Origin: Octopus vulgaris
Lineage: Eukaryota
Reading direction: 5' to 3'
DNA length: 64,000 bases
NCBI GenBank assembly: GCA_951406725.2
Contig: OX597824.1
Coordinates: 59,396,001 to 59,460,000 of the forward strand
In this document: positions 40,820-54,038 of the stretch, in pieces
Numbering within the stretch: the stretch's first letter is position 1
Layout: each line of letters starts with the position of its first letter
Notes under the pieces: generated by a model
Database searches by the model: none
The model's input: the letters and a program-made list of their open reading frames with translations, nothing else
What the model was told of the DNA's origin: nothing
Position numbers and translations under genes: made by a program

Positions 40820-41890
40820 TTTTATTAAAATAATGTAATTATTAATGTCTTCACTGTCTATAAAATTCACATAATTTCGAATTTTAATATATTTTTCCTC
40901 GATATGTGATTTACACGTTAATCAGAAAACACAATTCTACTAATTGCAACACACTCTCTTTTTAACGTCTTACATTTGTATCCTTTTTCTTCTACTCTTT
41001 CCAAGCAATGCCTTTTCTCTTTTTCTCTCTTTCCCTCTCTTCTTTGTTTACCTCCTCTATTTCTATCACTCTTTCTATATCCTTAATCTTCATCCCTTTA
41101 TCCCTCCTACCACTTTCACCTTCATCCTTCCTTTTTTTTTCCTTTTCTCAACGACGTTCTCCATTCAACTTTCATTTTAATCCATGAGCCACGTCAGCTA
41201 GCGGTACTATCTGGGGTGAATACACCTAAGTGGTGTTATAATGCTTATAGGGTCAATATAAAAAATCGTATAAAAAACGTGTAAAAAAACGTGATAACTC
41301 TTTCACCTCGGGAGCTTTTTTTGCAGATTTATGAAATTTCCCCAATACTCATATTGATGTACTCCTGTGCATGATGACTACAACATATAAGACATATGAC
41401 ATAGTCTTGCTACTTCTTTTGGAAGTGACCTGGTGTTTATTTGTACATGTGGCAAAACAAAGCAAGTGCAGCACATACTTTTCCCATGTGCTGTGAAATC
41501 TTTTACAGGAAAATACCGAACTGATACGGACATTGAATCGTTTTGGACACAGTCTTTCTTATTCACAAATTGAAGTCACAGACACAGCCCTTTGCGTCTA
41601 GAAGCGGGAAGTTTCGGAAAACGGCACACCACCGCTCGGAAACATCTACCCAGGTGTATACATAACTGTGGCTTGGGACAATATTGACCTCCTTGAAGAG
41701 ACTCTTAGTGGCGGAGGCATCTCCCACAAGGTCAACGGCATCGCCGTTCAGCCCAAAGTTTCAGGGCTCATGCCGCAGAAAGTTCTGATTAACGTGTAAA
41801 TCACATATCGAGGAAAAATATATTAAAATTCGAAATTATGTGAATTTTATAGACAGTGAAGACATTAATAATTACATTATTTTAATAAAA
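40820..41890. repeat. Perfect 108-bp inverted duplication (40820-40927 and 41783-41890)
   Basis: Base-by-base comparison showed no mismatch over 108 nt; 855-bp spacer. Confidence 0.95.
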
Positions 41891-44441
41891 CTTTCAATCA
41901 GTGTCAGCTAGATGTCCTTTCAAGAGATTCTTGGAAATGAGCCCTGTACAAACCTACCTTGAATCCCTCAGTCTGTCGGCTTTATGGATGTCATACACAG
42001 AAATGGTGGAGATCATTCTTGGCTTAATACGAGCTTCCAGAGAAGGTGACTGAATTCTCCATTTTGCGTCCGTCCGAAAGACGATCGCATGGTGTTTTGC
42101 TTATGACAAGTTGAACCATGCCCGATTCCTGACTTACTATTATACAATGATGTCTCGATTCCACATTATTGAACATCCTGAAGCCTATGCACACTTCCTG
42201 AATGGTCGTTTCGCAGTCCAGATTGGAGAATAAAATCCACGTAGACGTATACCAGTGGACCAAGCAATCGAAGAGACGGTCAACAAGGACACTCAAACTC
42301 CTGGCGGCACGAAAGTATTCAGTCTGAAATCTCATACTTGTGGCAACTGAGATATATGACAAATGGAGGAAAACATAAGTCCTTGAACCACCACTCAATC
42401 AGTCAAAGATCAAGAAAGATGAAGCAGATATCTAATCCCTTGTCCAGCTCAGGGAGGCAAGTTGGCTAAACCCATTCAAACCTGAAAATAAGGATCTTGT
42501 GCCACTGCATCACCACCATACATAGAAAAAGATATCCTGGATGCTAACAAGCTTGGCGAAGAATCATACCAGGTCTTCAGACCGTGTCGAATCTGATGTG
42601 CCATCTAAAATATTCCATGACATGATGACTAAAATGAAACTGAAAACTTTCTCGGACATTAGAGAGAAACCACGCACTCAAGGGAATGCCAAGGTTATGG
42701 TTTTGAAAGCTGACCGATACTTGTTTGGTCACATGATCCTTGCAACAGAAAGCAGAAAGCTACATATGGCCGGTGAACTGGTCCACCCTTTGGGACTTCT
42801 ACCATTTGCACTTGCGAGCAGAAATTCTTCCAAGTCTGTTAGCAACAGTTATTGATGAGCTTGGTCCAGAAACTGAAAGGAAGTGACAAAACTTTCTCGC
42901 AGATCTCAGAGTAATTGATGACACACACTCTCCATGAAGGAGTCCAGAGTCATCGTATTGATGTTGTCTTTGGTGTTTCCAAGAAAACATCCATAAAATA
43001 TTCAGAAAGGATTAACAGGGGATCAGAAACAGGAATCCAGTTCAGAAGCATATTACCTGGGCACACTATCCAGTAGTGGCGTATGATGCTCAGCAGCCCT
43101 TCCAACAAAGCAAGTCTGATAAAATTTCTGGTGGGTAAATGGAAGAGACCAACATACAGAGCAAAACTGGGGGACAAAGATCTTTTTGTAACATGTGACG
43201 ACTTCTGCTTCAAGATCAAAAAGGTGGGAGGAGGTATCTGAGTTAAAGTCATCACAATAAGAGGCTAGCATGCGACTCTTGCTCCATGCACTTCATGCAG
43301 CCTAGTCAGGCAGTAGAGCTGTTGTTATCAGTGCTGAGGATACTGATGCTCTGATTTTGTGCATGGGGTTCTGTAGCAAAATCCCGTGCTCCCTTTACCA
43401 ATAGTTTGGTACAAAGAACAGAGCAAGCTTCCTTGACATTACGAGAATGAGTCATACACTGGGAGGTGGCAGGCCTGATGCTTTGATTGGCGTGCATGCC
43501 TTCACAGGCTGTAATACAGTTAGTGCCTTTACTGGCCGTGGAAAGATAACAGCGTTTAAACTGATGAAATCCAACAAGACTTTCCAAGAAGTATTCAGTG
43601 AACTGGGACAATCTTGCGATGTATTTCTTGAACTGTTTCAAAAAATACAGATGAACATCTGCCAAATGTATATGCCTTCTACTTCAACAACTGAAGTAAA
43701 TAAACTTCGATATCATATCTTTTGCACTAGACGTGAAGAAATTGAGTCGCGTCAACTACATTCATGTGAGGGCTGCCTGTTTATGCATGCTCTTCGTGCA
43801 AACTACCAGCCAGCCCTCTGGAAAAGATGTCTACAGGCTCAAACCTTTGACCCAAGCTCCATTGACTGTGGTTGGAGATTGGACGAAGAGAGTGACGTCG
43901 CCATTGCTTAGATATGCAGCACACCTACACGGGATGCTGTCCTTTAGCTTTTGTTCTGCAAATGTGTCCATTCCTGTAAACCACCAGCATGCAGCTGCCT
44001 CAGCAATGGCTTGAGGTGTACAGACATGTGTAAGCTACGAACTGCGACATCTAAGCTACTGAATACGGCGACAGAGAGCCAGAATTGGAACTAACAGATT
44101 CTGAGGATGATTGCAATTATTAGCTTCATGGTATGCTGGGTACCCATGGCAGATCCAGAACCTGGCTAACCTGTAGCTGCTATACTACCAGAAAGTTTTT
44201 GTTGACTTGCAAACAGTCGATACAATCTTTCCCAGTGACATGACTTGTCACGAGAAAACTGATCAGTTTTGATGCATCATGTATGGCTTTATGTTCAAGA
44301 CATATCTTACATATGAAATATGCAATTCAATTTTATATTAATTATAAACACATATTGGTTAAATTCTGATCTGTGGATCATTGCAGCTTCTTATGGAGGT
44401 ATGTCTATTTATGAAGTGATGGCTACAACTAAGCTATCATT

Positions 44442-44517
<76 letters not shown>

Positions 44518-44724
44518 GTATATATATCTAATGTAGGATAAAATTTTTTTCGAAAAAAATTATTTTCCCAAAAAATTTTTATCAATGGCCAGCATATTAA
44601 AAAATACCTTTAAAGGTTAAAATTATAAACAATTCATAAATAAGGCCAAACGAAAAAATTTCTAATGCCAAATATGCCGAAAAATTGGACATATTCTCCA
44701 TTAACCGTTTGCCCTTATTTATTA

Positions 44725-44819
<95 letters not shown>

Positions 44820-44879
44820 TAAAGAATATAGCAAGTGAAAAATTATCATAAGAATTATTCACCCCATGTGGTACTGATA
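41199..44879 (+). mobile_element. Academ (AcademX-type) DNA transposon, internally deleted and degenerate
   Basis: TIRs TAGCGGTACTATCTGGGGTGAATA / TATTCACCCCATGTGGTACTGATA (5'-TAG terminus); possible 4-bp TSD CAGC/CAGA; frames FAYDKLNHAR, DQAIEETVNKD, KADRYLFG, RIDVVF, EASMRLLLHA, EDTD, HAFTGCNTVSAFTGRGK (XPG/FEN1-like H3TH); C-terminal Cys cluster CKC...C...CSC..NGLRCTDMC. Confidence 0.8.
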
Positions 44880-45254
44880 CAGAAATTTTGGGGTCTGGGT
44901 AAATGTTTGTGTAAATGTTTATACTATATTTATCACATCAAAATCACGTAGGAAATTACATACATTACTGCTAGCGGCTGGTTTCTAATCTTACTGTTAA
45001 TATTGCTTAATTAATAAATCAATCAATATTGCTTAAAATTTACTTATCGATATTAATTTGTAATCTAATTAAACTTAAGTAGCTATAATTTTTATCTAAA
45101 CTTTACATCGTTTTCAGTTTGTTGCCTATTTTTCCTGTTTAGGATAATAATATTATGTATGAGTTTGTTAGAAATATTATTTTCAACTTCCTGAATGTGT
45201 TTATGTTCCTTTCTTTTTGAATATATTCATATATTTCTTAATGTTCTTAACTTC

Positions 45255-45445
45255 TACAATAGGTACAATACTTGAAATTTTGTGGGAGGAGGCTAGTTCG
45301 ATTTCATTGATCCCAGTGCTCAACTGATACTTATTTTACCGAACTCGAAAGGATGAGATGCAAATCCCACATCAGTGGTATTTGAACTCCGAACGCAAAG
45401 ACAGACGAAATCCCGCTAAGCACAATGTCCGGCGTGCGAACAATT
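45255..45445 (-). mobile_element. tRNA-derived SINE family 1, decayed
   Basis: Matches the family 1 consensus. Confidence 0.75.
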
Positions 45446-45686
45446 CTTATCAAAGTAAAATGTTGCTTGGAAGGTATTGGTATATTTACAGACATTTATG
45501 TTAGGATATTATATTCATGAGATCAGTTTGAAATGGTTACAGGTTTTTTATTCTTAGACGAATTTATACGTATCTTCATGTCATTTTTATAAGTAGGTAT
45601 TTACGCGATAGGCTTCGTACATAGTATTTACACGCAATGCTTCTTTCTATATTTCAGAAAGGATCAATACTGATCTAATTACCAGG

Positions 45687-45757
<71 letters not shown>

Positions 45758-46299
45758 ACACACACAAACAAACAAATACAAATACACATTTGTTTTCCTT
45801 TTATCACTAACAACAACCGACCTCTTATTTCAACACACTTTATCAAATGCAGTCTAAGGTATATTCAGGAAGTGCTTCTTTATCCCCTCTAATCCCCAGA
45901 AATACTTTCAAAATCCTTCAGCTTAATTATGTTAAAGTCTTTCTAGTTCTATGTAGCAAAGGGAAATATCCCACAACTATTAATATTTATATGTAATGAG
46001 TCATGTCTTGCACAATATTATTTTCTGTTATCCAAAATAAAATCATCGGCAACTATACATAATAATAACCCGCATATTTCACGGAACTAGTGGAAAGCAT
46101 CTTATGATGATTGTTTTTCAACAGATAGACGTGCCTAACTTTGCAATGTATTACCAATAACAAACTATATAACATGTTTATTCCTCTGAATGTACAGAGT
46201 TCTCCAGTTTTATTCGTAAGAAATATCTGTAACCTAGTACATGTGTGTGCGCGCGCGTGAGTATGTGTATACGTGTAATATACATACATATATATACAT

Positions 46300-47660
46300 T
46301 GAAGATGTATACCACATTGAAGATGTACTCAAAGCCTTCGGAACAGGTTCGAAATCTGACGTCATATATCTTGACTTCAGTAAAGCGTTCGACAGGGTAG
46401 ACCATAATATCCGACTCTCAAAATTGGCAAATGTTGGAATCCGTGGAAAAGTTCTACACTGGATTAAGTATTTCCTGGCGAATAGAACACAACATGTTGT
46501 AGTTGATGGAGTCCACCCAAGCCCAGCAAAAGTCACCAGCAGTGTTCCCCAGGGGACTGTTTTGGGTCCGCTACTCATCATAATTTACATAAACGACCTT
46601 TCCAGTGTCGTACGTTTCTGCAAAGTGAAAATATTTGCTAATGATACTAAGCTCCAGCAAATCGTCAATGAAGAAGCAGACCGAACTCAACTCCAGTCTG
46701 ATCTATATGCTGTGAGTCAATGGGAAGACAGAAACAAAATGCAACTGGATGAGGGAAAATTTGAGCTGATGCATTTTGGAAGAAATTCCTCACTAAAACA
46801 ACCATACTCTCTTCCTTCAGGGGAACCGCTCACAGCCTCTAACAATATCAGAGACCTGGGTGTAATTGTTGATGACGATCTCAGTTGGAGTGCACACATC
46901 AACAAGAAGGTCGATATAGCGCGTAGGATGAGTTCCTGGATCTTAAGAACTTTCCGGTCCAGAGAACAAGGTGTCATCATACCACTTTTTTCCTCCTTTG
47001 TACGGCCACACCTTGAATACTGCTGCCCACTGTGGTCTCCCCATACAAGACAAAACATCTCCAGAATTGAGTCCCTCCAGAGGGCACTCACTAAACGAAT
47101 TGAAGACATGGCTGCTCTCGATTATTGGGATCGCCTTAAAGCCTTGAAACTTTACTCCCTCCAGCGTCGCCGTGAGCGGTACATCATTTGTACGATGTGG
47201 AGAATATACCGCCAACTTTGCCCAAACGACCTTAACATTAGCTTCAAGGTTCATCCAAGACTGGGACCACGGGCCATACGTCCCCTGCCCAGTTCAAGAT
47301 CACAACATACATGTACACTGCAACATAATTTCTTTTCCTCAACAGGCCCTGCCCTATTTAACATTGTCCCGAGGGAGATCAAAGAGGAAAATGATCCCAT
47401 CAACTTTAAACGGAGTCTGGATAGATTCCTTCAAAGAATACCAGATAAGCCACCCATAATTGGATACAACTCACCCAACAAGAACTCACTACTTGAACAA
47501 AACTTGATACAACTCACCCAACAAGAACTCACTACTTGAACAAAACTTGACTTAAACAAAACTTGACTTAAACAGGATTCGAATAATCCTATCAGGTGGT
47601 GCTATTAAGTTAGACATGGCCTGGACCAATCTTTGGTCGAAACATATCTAAGTTATCTAA
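46300..47660 (+). mobile_element. CR1-group LINE, 5'-truncated; RT and C-terminal frame uninterrupted (to 47539)
   Basis: YLDFSKAFDRVDH, VPQGTVLGPLL, FANDTK (FADDTK with D>N), RDLGV, VRPHLEYCCPLWSP, LKLYSLQRRRER; tail (TATCTAAG)2; (TA)n on both sides. Confidence 0.92.
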
Positions 47661-47661
47661 G

Positions 47662-47700
<39 letters not shown>

Positions 47701-47876
47701 GGTGGTGGCGACTCCTGTTGTACTCTTTCGCCCCAACTTTCGCTCACTCTTTCTTCCTGTTTCATGAGTAACGCTGCGATGGACTGGCGTCCCGTCCAGC
47801 TGGGGGGAACACATATGCCATAGAAACCAGGAAACCGGGCCCATGAGCCTGGCTAGGTTTGAAAAGGGCGGATAAG
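47701..47876 (+). mobile_element. SINE 3' fragment with a conserved central-domain-like motif
   Basis: CTGCGATGGACTGGCGTCCCGTCCAG...GAAACC, a motif typical of widespread metazoan SINE central domains. Confidence 0.55.
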
Positions 47877-47933
47877 TATATATATATATTGAGAGAGAGA
47901 GAGAGAGATGAATTCATAGATAGATTGACAAGC

Positions 47934-47989
<56 letters not shown>

Positions 47990-48253
47990 TCTTCATCGGG
48001 GTGTTGTTAGACAGCATTCAATATATATGTAGGACTCATAGGAAGTTCAAAATTACGGACCAAATTATGTGATTTGACGTCACAACTGAATTTTATTCTT
48101 TTACATCACACACCCTTATTCACTGACTCTCTCCCCTCTTTCTCTTTCTTTCTCCGTCTATTTCCTTCTTTCTTCTTTCATTCATTCATTCATTCATCTT
48201 TCTTTCTTTTTATCTATCTACCTACTTATCTATCTACCTATCTATCTACCTAC

Positions 48254-48304
<51 letters not shown>

Positions 48305-48308
48305 GCTA

Positions 48309-50540
48309 TCAGGCGCAAACATGCGCCGTGCCAGGCCGGACCATCCATGACAACATCCACCTGATGCGCTACATCATAGACAGGGTAGTTAACGAACCTG
48401 GCATGGGTGGGGCGCTGATCAATTTGGATCAATCGAAAGCTTTCGATAGGGTGGACCATCGATACTTGGAGGCGGTCCTCGGAGCGGCTGGCTTCGGTCC
48501 CGTCTTCCGCGTTCGGTAATTCGCGTGAATGGACATCTATCGAGACCCTTCGACATCGCACGTTCGGTCCGTCAGGGATGCCCCCTCTCGTCGCTTGTAT
48601 ACGTATTGACTCTCGAGCCATTATTGCGGAAGCTGGCAACCTTGAGAGGCATCCCGCGAGAACTGGGATGCGGGACGAGCGTGTCTGCATACGCGGACGA
48701 CGACACCGTCATAGTGTCTAGCCACGAGCACATCGAGCAGGTCGGCGAGACACTGAAAAACTACGAAGCGGTGACAGGAGCGAAAATCAACCAGGAAAAG
48801 TCAGTGGGCTTGCGACTAGGCACCTGGAGAAGCAAGCCCATGCCGTCCACCAGCGCCTCCGTCGTGGGACGCTGGACCGACGGCCCGGTTGAGTTGCTCG
48901 GGGTCTGGTTTGGTCCGGACCTCCAAGTGGAGAAGAACTGGAACGAGATAACGAGTAGGGTGGTCACTCTCGCCCGGCAATGGGCCGAGAGGAAACTGTC
49001 CCTAAAAGGTCGGGCAGAGGTGGCGAACACGTACATCGCATCCGTCATCTACTACCGCCTGACCGTCGTACCTTGTCCCGACCCTACCATCACCAAACTA
49101 CAATGCATTCTCTTTCGCTTCTTGTGGAAAGGATGCGTCCCGATGGTCAGGCGATCCATTTGCTGTCAACACCCGTTAAAAGGAGGGCTGGGCATGCCGT
49201 GGTTGATGATGCGCAGACACGCGCTGAGACTGCGACATCTCTGACTCTATGTAGACGACGGTGAACAGGTGTGGTCGCCGTTTGTGAGGCACGCTTTCCC
49301 GCAGCTCGTCTCCATGACCGAACTGCAGTCGTGGATCAAAAAGAGGCCGAGGAAGGGCGAATGGCACCGCGAGTGTCGCGTTGCTCTCAAGCAACTCTGC
49401 CGTCCTGGGTCGACCTTGAGTGACTTCAACACAACCAAAGCATTCTATAGGGGTTTAGTGGAGGGGAGGTACGACGACGAGCTCGGGGCGAACCTGGACG
49501 TCGACGAGGAGTACCTGACCCGCCTGTTCAGGACGACTTTCGGGCCAGGGCCCATGGACAACTTCCAGAGATCCCTGGCCTGGCAGTGCTACCGAGAAGC
49601 GCTACCCGTTCGGGATAAGCTCTACAGACACGGCTCGAGAAACACGGGGCCGACCTGCCCGAGATGCGGTCAGAGCGACGAAACCGTTCTGCACGCACTC
49701 GTGCAGTGTCCAACAATTTCCGACCTGTGGGCTTATGTCGAACAACTGCTGTCACGTGTGGGACGAGTCGGTTTATCAGCTGAGTCTATCGTCAATATTG
49801 TCACGCCTCCTTCCTTCAAACGGGAAGGAAGAGCTATTTTCATCATCCTTGTGGCTATGGCGAAAGAATGTATCTGGTGGACGCGTCTGAAAGGATTGGA
49901 GACAAACACTTTCCTCTCTGGTCAATCTCTCATCAACTTCTTCAAGTACCACTTGAAAAGGAAAGTGAGAGTAGAGAGGCAAGTTTTGTCTAGCGAATGT
50001 TTTAAAAAAAGATGGGTGAATGTAGCAAGGATGGCACGTATGAATGACGAAGCCACCTTGAGCATAATCCTATGAACCCAGAAATTGAAAACAGAGGGTT
50101 ACCCACTTGCAAACAAATGTGGTAACATATAACAATATTGACCAAGGTTACCGTGGTCTTTTTCGTAGGCTTTTCTTCCCACGGGTAAACCTTACTTGCT
50201 TTCCCCTTAACACCATATATCATAACACTGTGATACACGATCCCTATTGATTGTTCTTTTTTTTTCCTCTTCCCCTTTTTTTCCCCTTTTTTCTTCTTTT
50301 TTCATTCCTCTTTCCTTTTGTTCCTTTTCCTTTTCCCTTTTTTTCTTTTTTTATTCTTTTTATTTTATTCAATTTTTTTTTTTGTTCTTTTCTTCCCTTT
50401 TACGATCCCTCTTGATCGAAAACCTACGCCAACCCCTTTTTTTTTCTTTTGATTTTTGTTCTCTTCATCCCCCAAAAGAAAAGCTCTACCTTGTAACTTG
50501 TCCCATCTGTGTGCAGCCCTGTGTGGCCAATAAAGAAACT
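48309..50540 (+). mobile_element. Tx1-clade (L1 group) LINE, 5'-truncated, young and GC/CpG-rich
   Basis: PGRTIHDN, LDQSKAFDRVDH, SVRQGCPLS, YADD, LGVWF, LSLKGRA, GGLGMP, zf-RVT CPRC....ETVLHALVQCP; one TGA at 49242 and a small deletion near 48520; T-rich 3' UTR ending AATAAAGAAAC; (TATC)n on both flanks. Confidence 0.93.
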
Positions 50541-50563
50541 TATCTATCTACCTATCTATCTAC

Positions 50564-50638
<75 letters not shown>

Positions 50639-50647
50639 CCTACCTAC

Positions 50648-50689
<42 letters not shown>

Positions 50690-50821
50690 CTTTTTCATTT
50701 TCTATCTTTGCCTCATCTACCACCCGTACTTACCTAGGTATATCCTGTAGCTATGCTCAGACACTCTGGAAATAATTTCAACAATAACAACAACAACAGA
50801 AATAATAATAATAAATACTTG

Positions 50822-50853
<32 letters not shown>

Positions 50854-51126
50854 GGTAGTGTGGGTGATGCTGTTTATGTTATCCAAGTGTAAGACAATAG
50901 CTAAATTGACAATAATAATAACGATGAGGAGGAGGAGGAGGAGGGGGAGGAGGGAGAGGAGGGGGAAGGGGAAAGGGAAGAAGAGGAGGAAGGTTAACGT
51001 TGATTACGTTAAAATGTCTATCTAAATGAACCTCTTTTTTGCTTTTCCCGATCATCTCTTCTCTTTCCTGATTTTACCATCACCGTGTGTGTTGTGTGTG
51101 AGTAGTTATACATACATGCATAAATA

Positions 51127-51251
<125 letters not shown>

Positions 51252-51792
51252 CATATATAGGTATACGTTCAATATTTGGTATGCTACATGAACGGAATGA
51301 AATTGCTAAGATTTAAGAGCGGAACCACTGAATAAATGGCTGGATGATCGAACGATGGAATAAAGGCCAGAAAGAAAGAATATATGGACCTATGGGTAAA
51401 TGAAAGGTTAAAAGATTCAGACGGCGTAGCGAGTGGAGGATGAAGAAGAAGAAGAAGAAGAAGAAGAAGAAGAAGAAGAAGAAGAAGAAGAAGAAGAAGA
51501 AGAAGAAGAAGAAGATCGATATATGAAATATATCATATAATCATCACCACTACCACCACCACATACCAATCCCCACCATCGTAAGCACCAGCTCGACCAA
51601 CAACTACCCCCACTACCATCACAGTCATGAAAGAACAATATCACTACGACTACTAACAATATTAACCTCACCAATGTAATAAGAACAGCGATTTCACAGC
51701 ATAACAGCGACAACTTCGCGGCGACTGTTACTAATCACTGAAAACAATACCGATAATATCACCAGCCAATAGCACGGCCATAAGTTTCGTAG

Positions 51793-51934
51793 ATGGCTGG
51801 TACAGAGGCCGTTTATGATTTGGATAATCTACTCATCAATTTAAAGACTTATGGTAATTACCAAATTAGACAGCTGCTTGTTTCGTCTTCTCTTTTGATT
51901 GTATCTCATAGTCTTTTCCAAGTACTGGCAATAG
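51793..51934 (+). CDS. SLC22 first coding exon, copy C (divergent; absent from the ORF track)
   Basis: ATG at 51793; MAGTEAVYDLDNLLINLKTYGNYQIRQLLVSSSLLIVSHSLFQVLAI(G) aligns with copies A and B (YD.D.L..dLK.(F/Y)G.(F/Y)QI...sL.Q...G); 142 nt; G|GTAAGT phase-1 donor. Confidence 0.78.
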
Positions 51935-52162
51935 GTAAGTTATATAAGCATTACATTTTATTCTTCATTTGATTTATACTTACCATAGAATTGTTACATA
52001 CATCGTAAATATACAGTTTTGCTTTTAAAAAATACAAGAAAGTGAATATATAATTTTAAAAATCACTTTGGTATTAGATCTACAAGATTCCTAATATTAG
52101 GGATGGAGTCATTTTGTCAATAAGAAATACATTCCCAAGTTCTACTCCACTTCTTCAAGCAG

Positions 52163-53555
52163 CAGGATGGCAGAGTCATTGGCACATTGGATGAAATACT
52201 TAACGACATTTTTTCCAATGGTTTACCTTCTGGATTCTAACACCACTGAGGCCCACTTTGTCTTTTATCCTTTCGGAGTCAATAAAATAAGTTACCAGTT
52301 GAGCACTGGGCTTGATTTAAATGAGTAGCCCCACTCCCACATTTCAGAGCTTGTGCACATAATGGCGTGCTGGCAGAGTCGTATGCACGCCAGACAAGAA
52401 TGCTTAGAGGTATTTTGTCCGTCTTAATGCTCTCAGTTCAAATTCCACCGAGGTCGACTTTGCCTTTCATCCTCTCCGGATCGATAAAGTACCAGATGAG
52501 TACTGGGGTCGATGTAATCGACTTAAATCATCAAAACCCAAATTTCAGGCTTTGTGCCTTCAGTAGAAAGGATTGTTATTGTTGTTGTTGTGCAACGCAG
52601 TAATACATATTGAAGTTGTCATTTCACATTTCAGTTCCGGTTGAAACTACGTAGAGGATGATAATCTCTTGCCTACTCAAACTTTAAGGGCGGCGAGCTG
52701 GCAGAAACTGCCGCTAAGTTCTGAGTTCAAATTCTGCCGAGGTCGACTTTGCCTTTCATGATTTCGGGATCGATTAAATAAGTAGCGATCGATTAAATAA
52801 GTACCAGTTACGCACTGAGGTCGATATAATCGACTTAATCCGTTTGTCTGTTCTTGTTTGTCCTCTCTGTGTTTAGCCCCTTGTGGGTAGTAAAGAAATA
52901 TGTATTTCATCTGCCGCTACTTTCTGAGTTCAAATTCCGCCGAGGTCGACTTTGCCTTTCATCCTTTCGGGGGTCGATTAAATAAGTACCAGATACGCAT
53001 TGGGGCCGATATAATCGACTTAATCCGTTTGTCTGTCCTTGTTTGTCCTCTCTGTGTAAAGAAATAGGTATATCGTCAGGCTTTACGTTCTGAGTTCAAA
53101 TTCCGTTTCATCATTTCGGTGACGGGGGAGGGATTGACAAAATAAGTTCCAGTCAAGTACTTGGTTCAATGTAATTGACTCACACCTCTCACAAAAATTT
53201 GGTCGACTCGAGGCTGTAGTAAAAGACTCTTGCCCAATGCTCCACACTGAAACTGAACGTGGTACCAAATGGCTGGGCACCAAACTTCTTACCACGGCCA
53301 CGCCTGCGCCTCTGTTGAAAGGAATATTATCAAATATATTAAGGTGAGGATCTGCCAAAATCTTTAGCATGCCAGACAAAATGCTTGACGGCATTTCTTA
53401 CGATTCATCACCTTTTGAATTTTAATTTCACCGTCGTCAACTGTGTATTTCATTCTTTTCTTGTTCAATGAAATAAAGTACCAGTCAGGTACTGAGGTCG
53501 ATATAATCGACTTCCTCTTCCCCTCAAAAATGCTGGCCTCGTACCAAAATTAGAA
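52163..53555 (+). mobile_element. Dense cluster of about 6 family 1 SINE copies (plus one family 2 SINE on the minus strand at ~53200-53311)
   Basis: Repeated GAGTTCAAATTCCGCCGAGGTCGACTTTGCCTTTCATCC cores at ~52240, 52435, 52722, 52925, 53092 and 53420. Confidence 0.88.
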
Positions 53556-53976
53556 GGGAAATATCGAACATATTCAAAAATATAGCAATCTGGTCTTAAC
53601 CACAGACCGAAACTAGTGGGAGAAATTACAGAATAAAGTGAGTCCTTGTAAGCTGTTAGTTGTTTTGGGCAGGGTTCTGTTGCATCAGTCTTCGAAGATG
53701 AAAATTAGTTTTCCTCTTCTTAGATGTTGATTTGCTCTCAACAAATTAGATAATGTACAAAGAATTATACATGGAACGAATATTTTTTGTCTGGGAATAC
53801 ATTTAAGGTAGCGTGTTGTCTTGATGCTTCAATATCATAAAACTAGAGTAAAGTAGACAGCAGATTAATCTCCCTTGGATAAGGTGCCTAACTACCAGAA
53901 AAGTCCGTTAATCTTCATTGAAAATGTACGCACACGCTCCCTTATAGATGTGTGTGAGCGTATGTCCGTGTATATG

Positions 53977-54038
<62 letters not shown>

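Noticed and set aside
46241-46299. N-terminal extension of the 432-aa ORF
   Set aside because: Read-through from flanking microsatellite; the LINE is 5'-truncated near 46300 and lacks its endonuclease.
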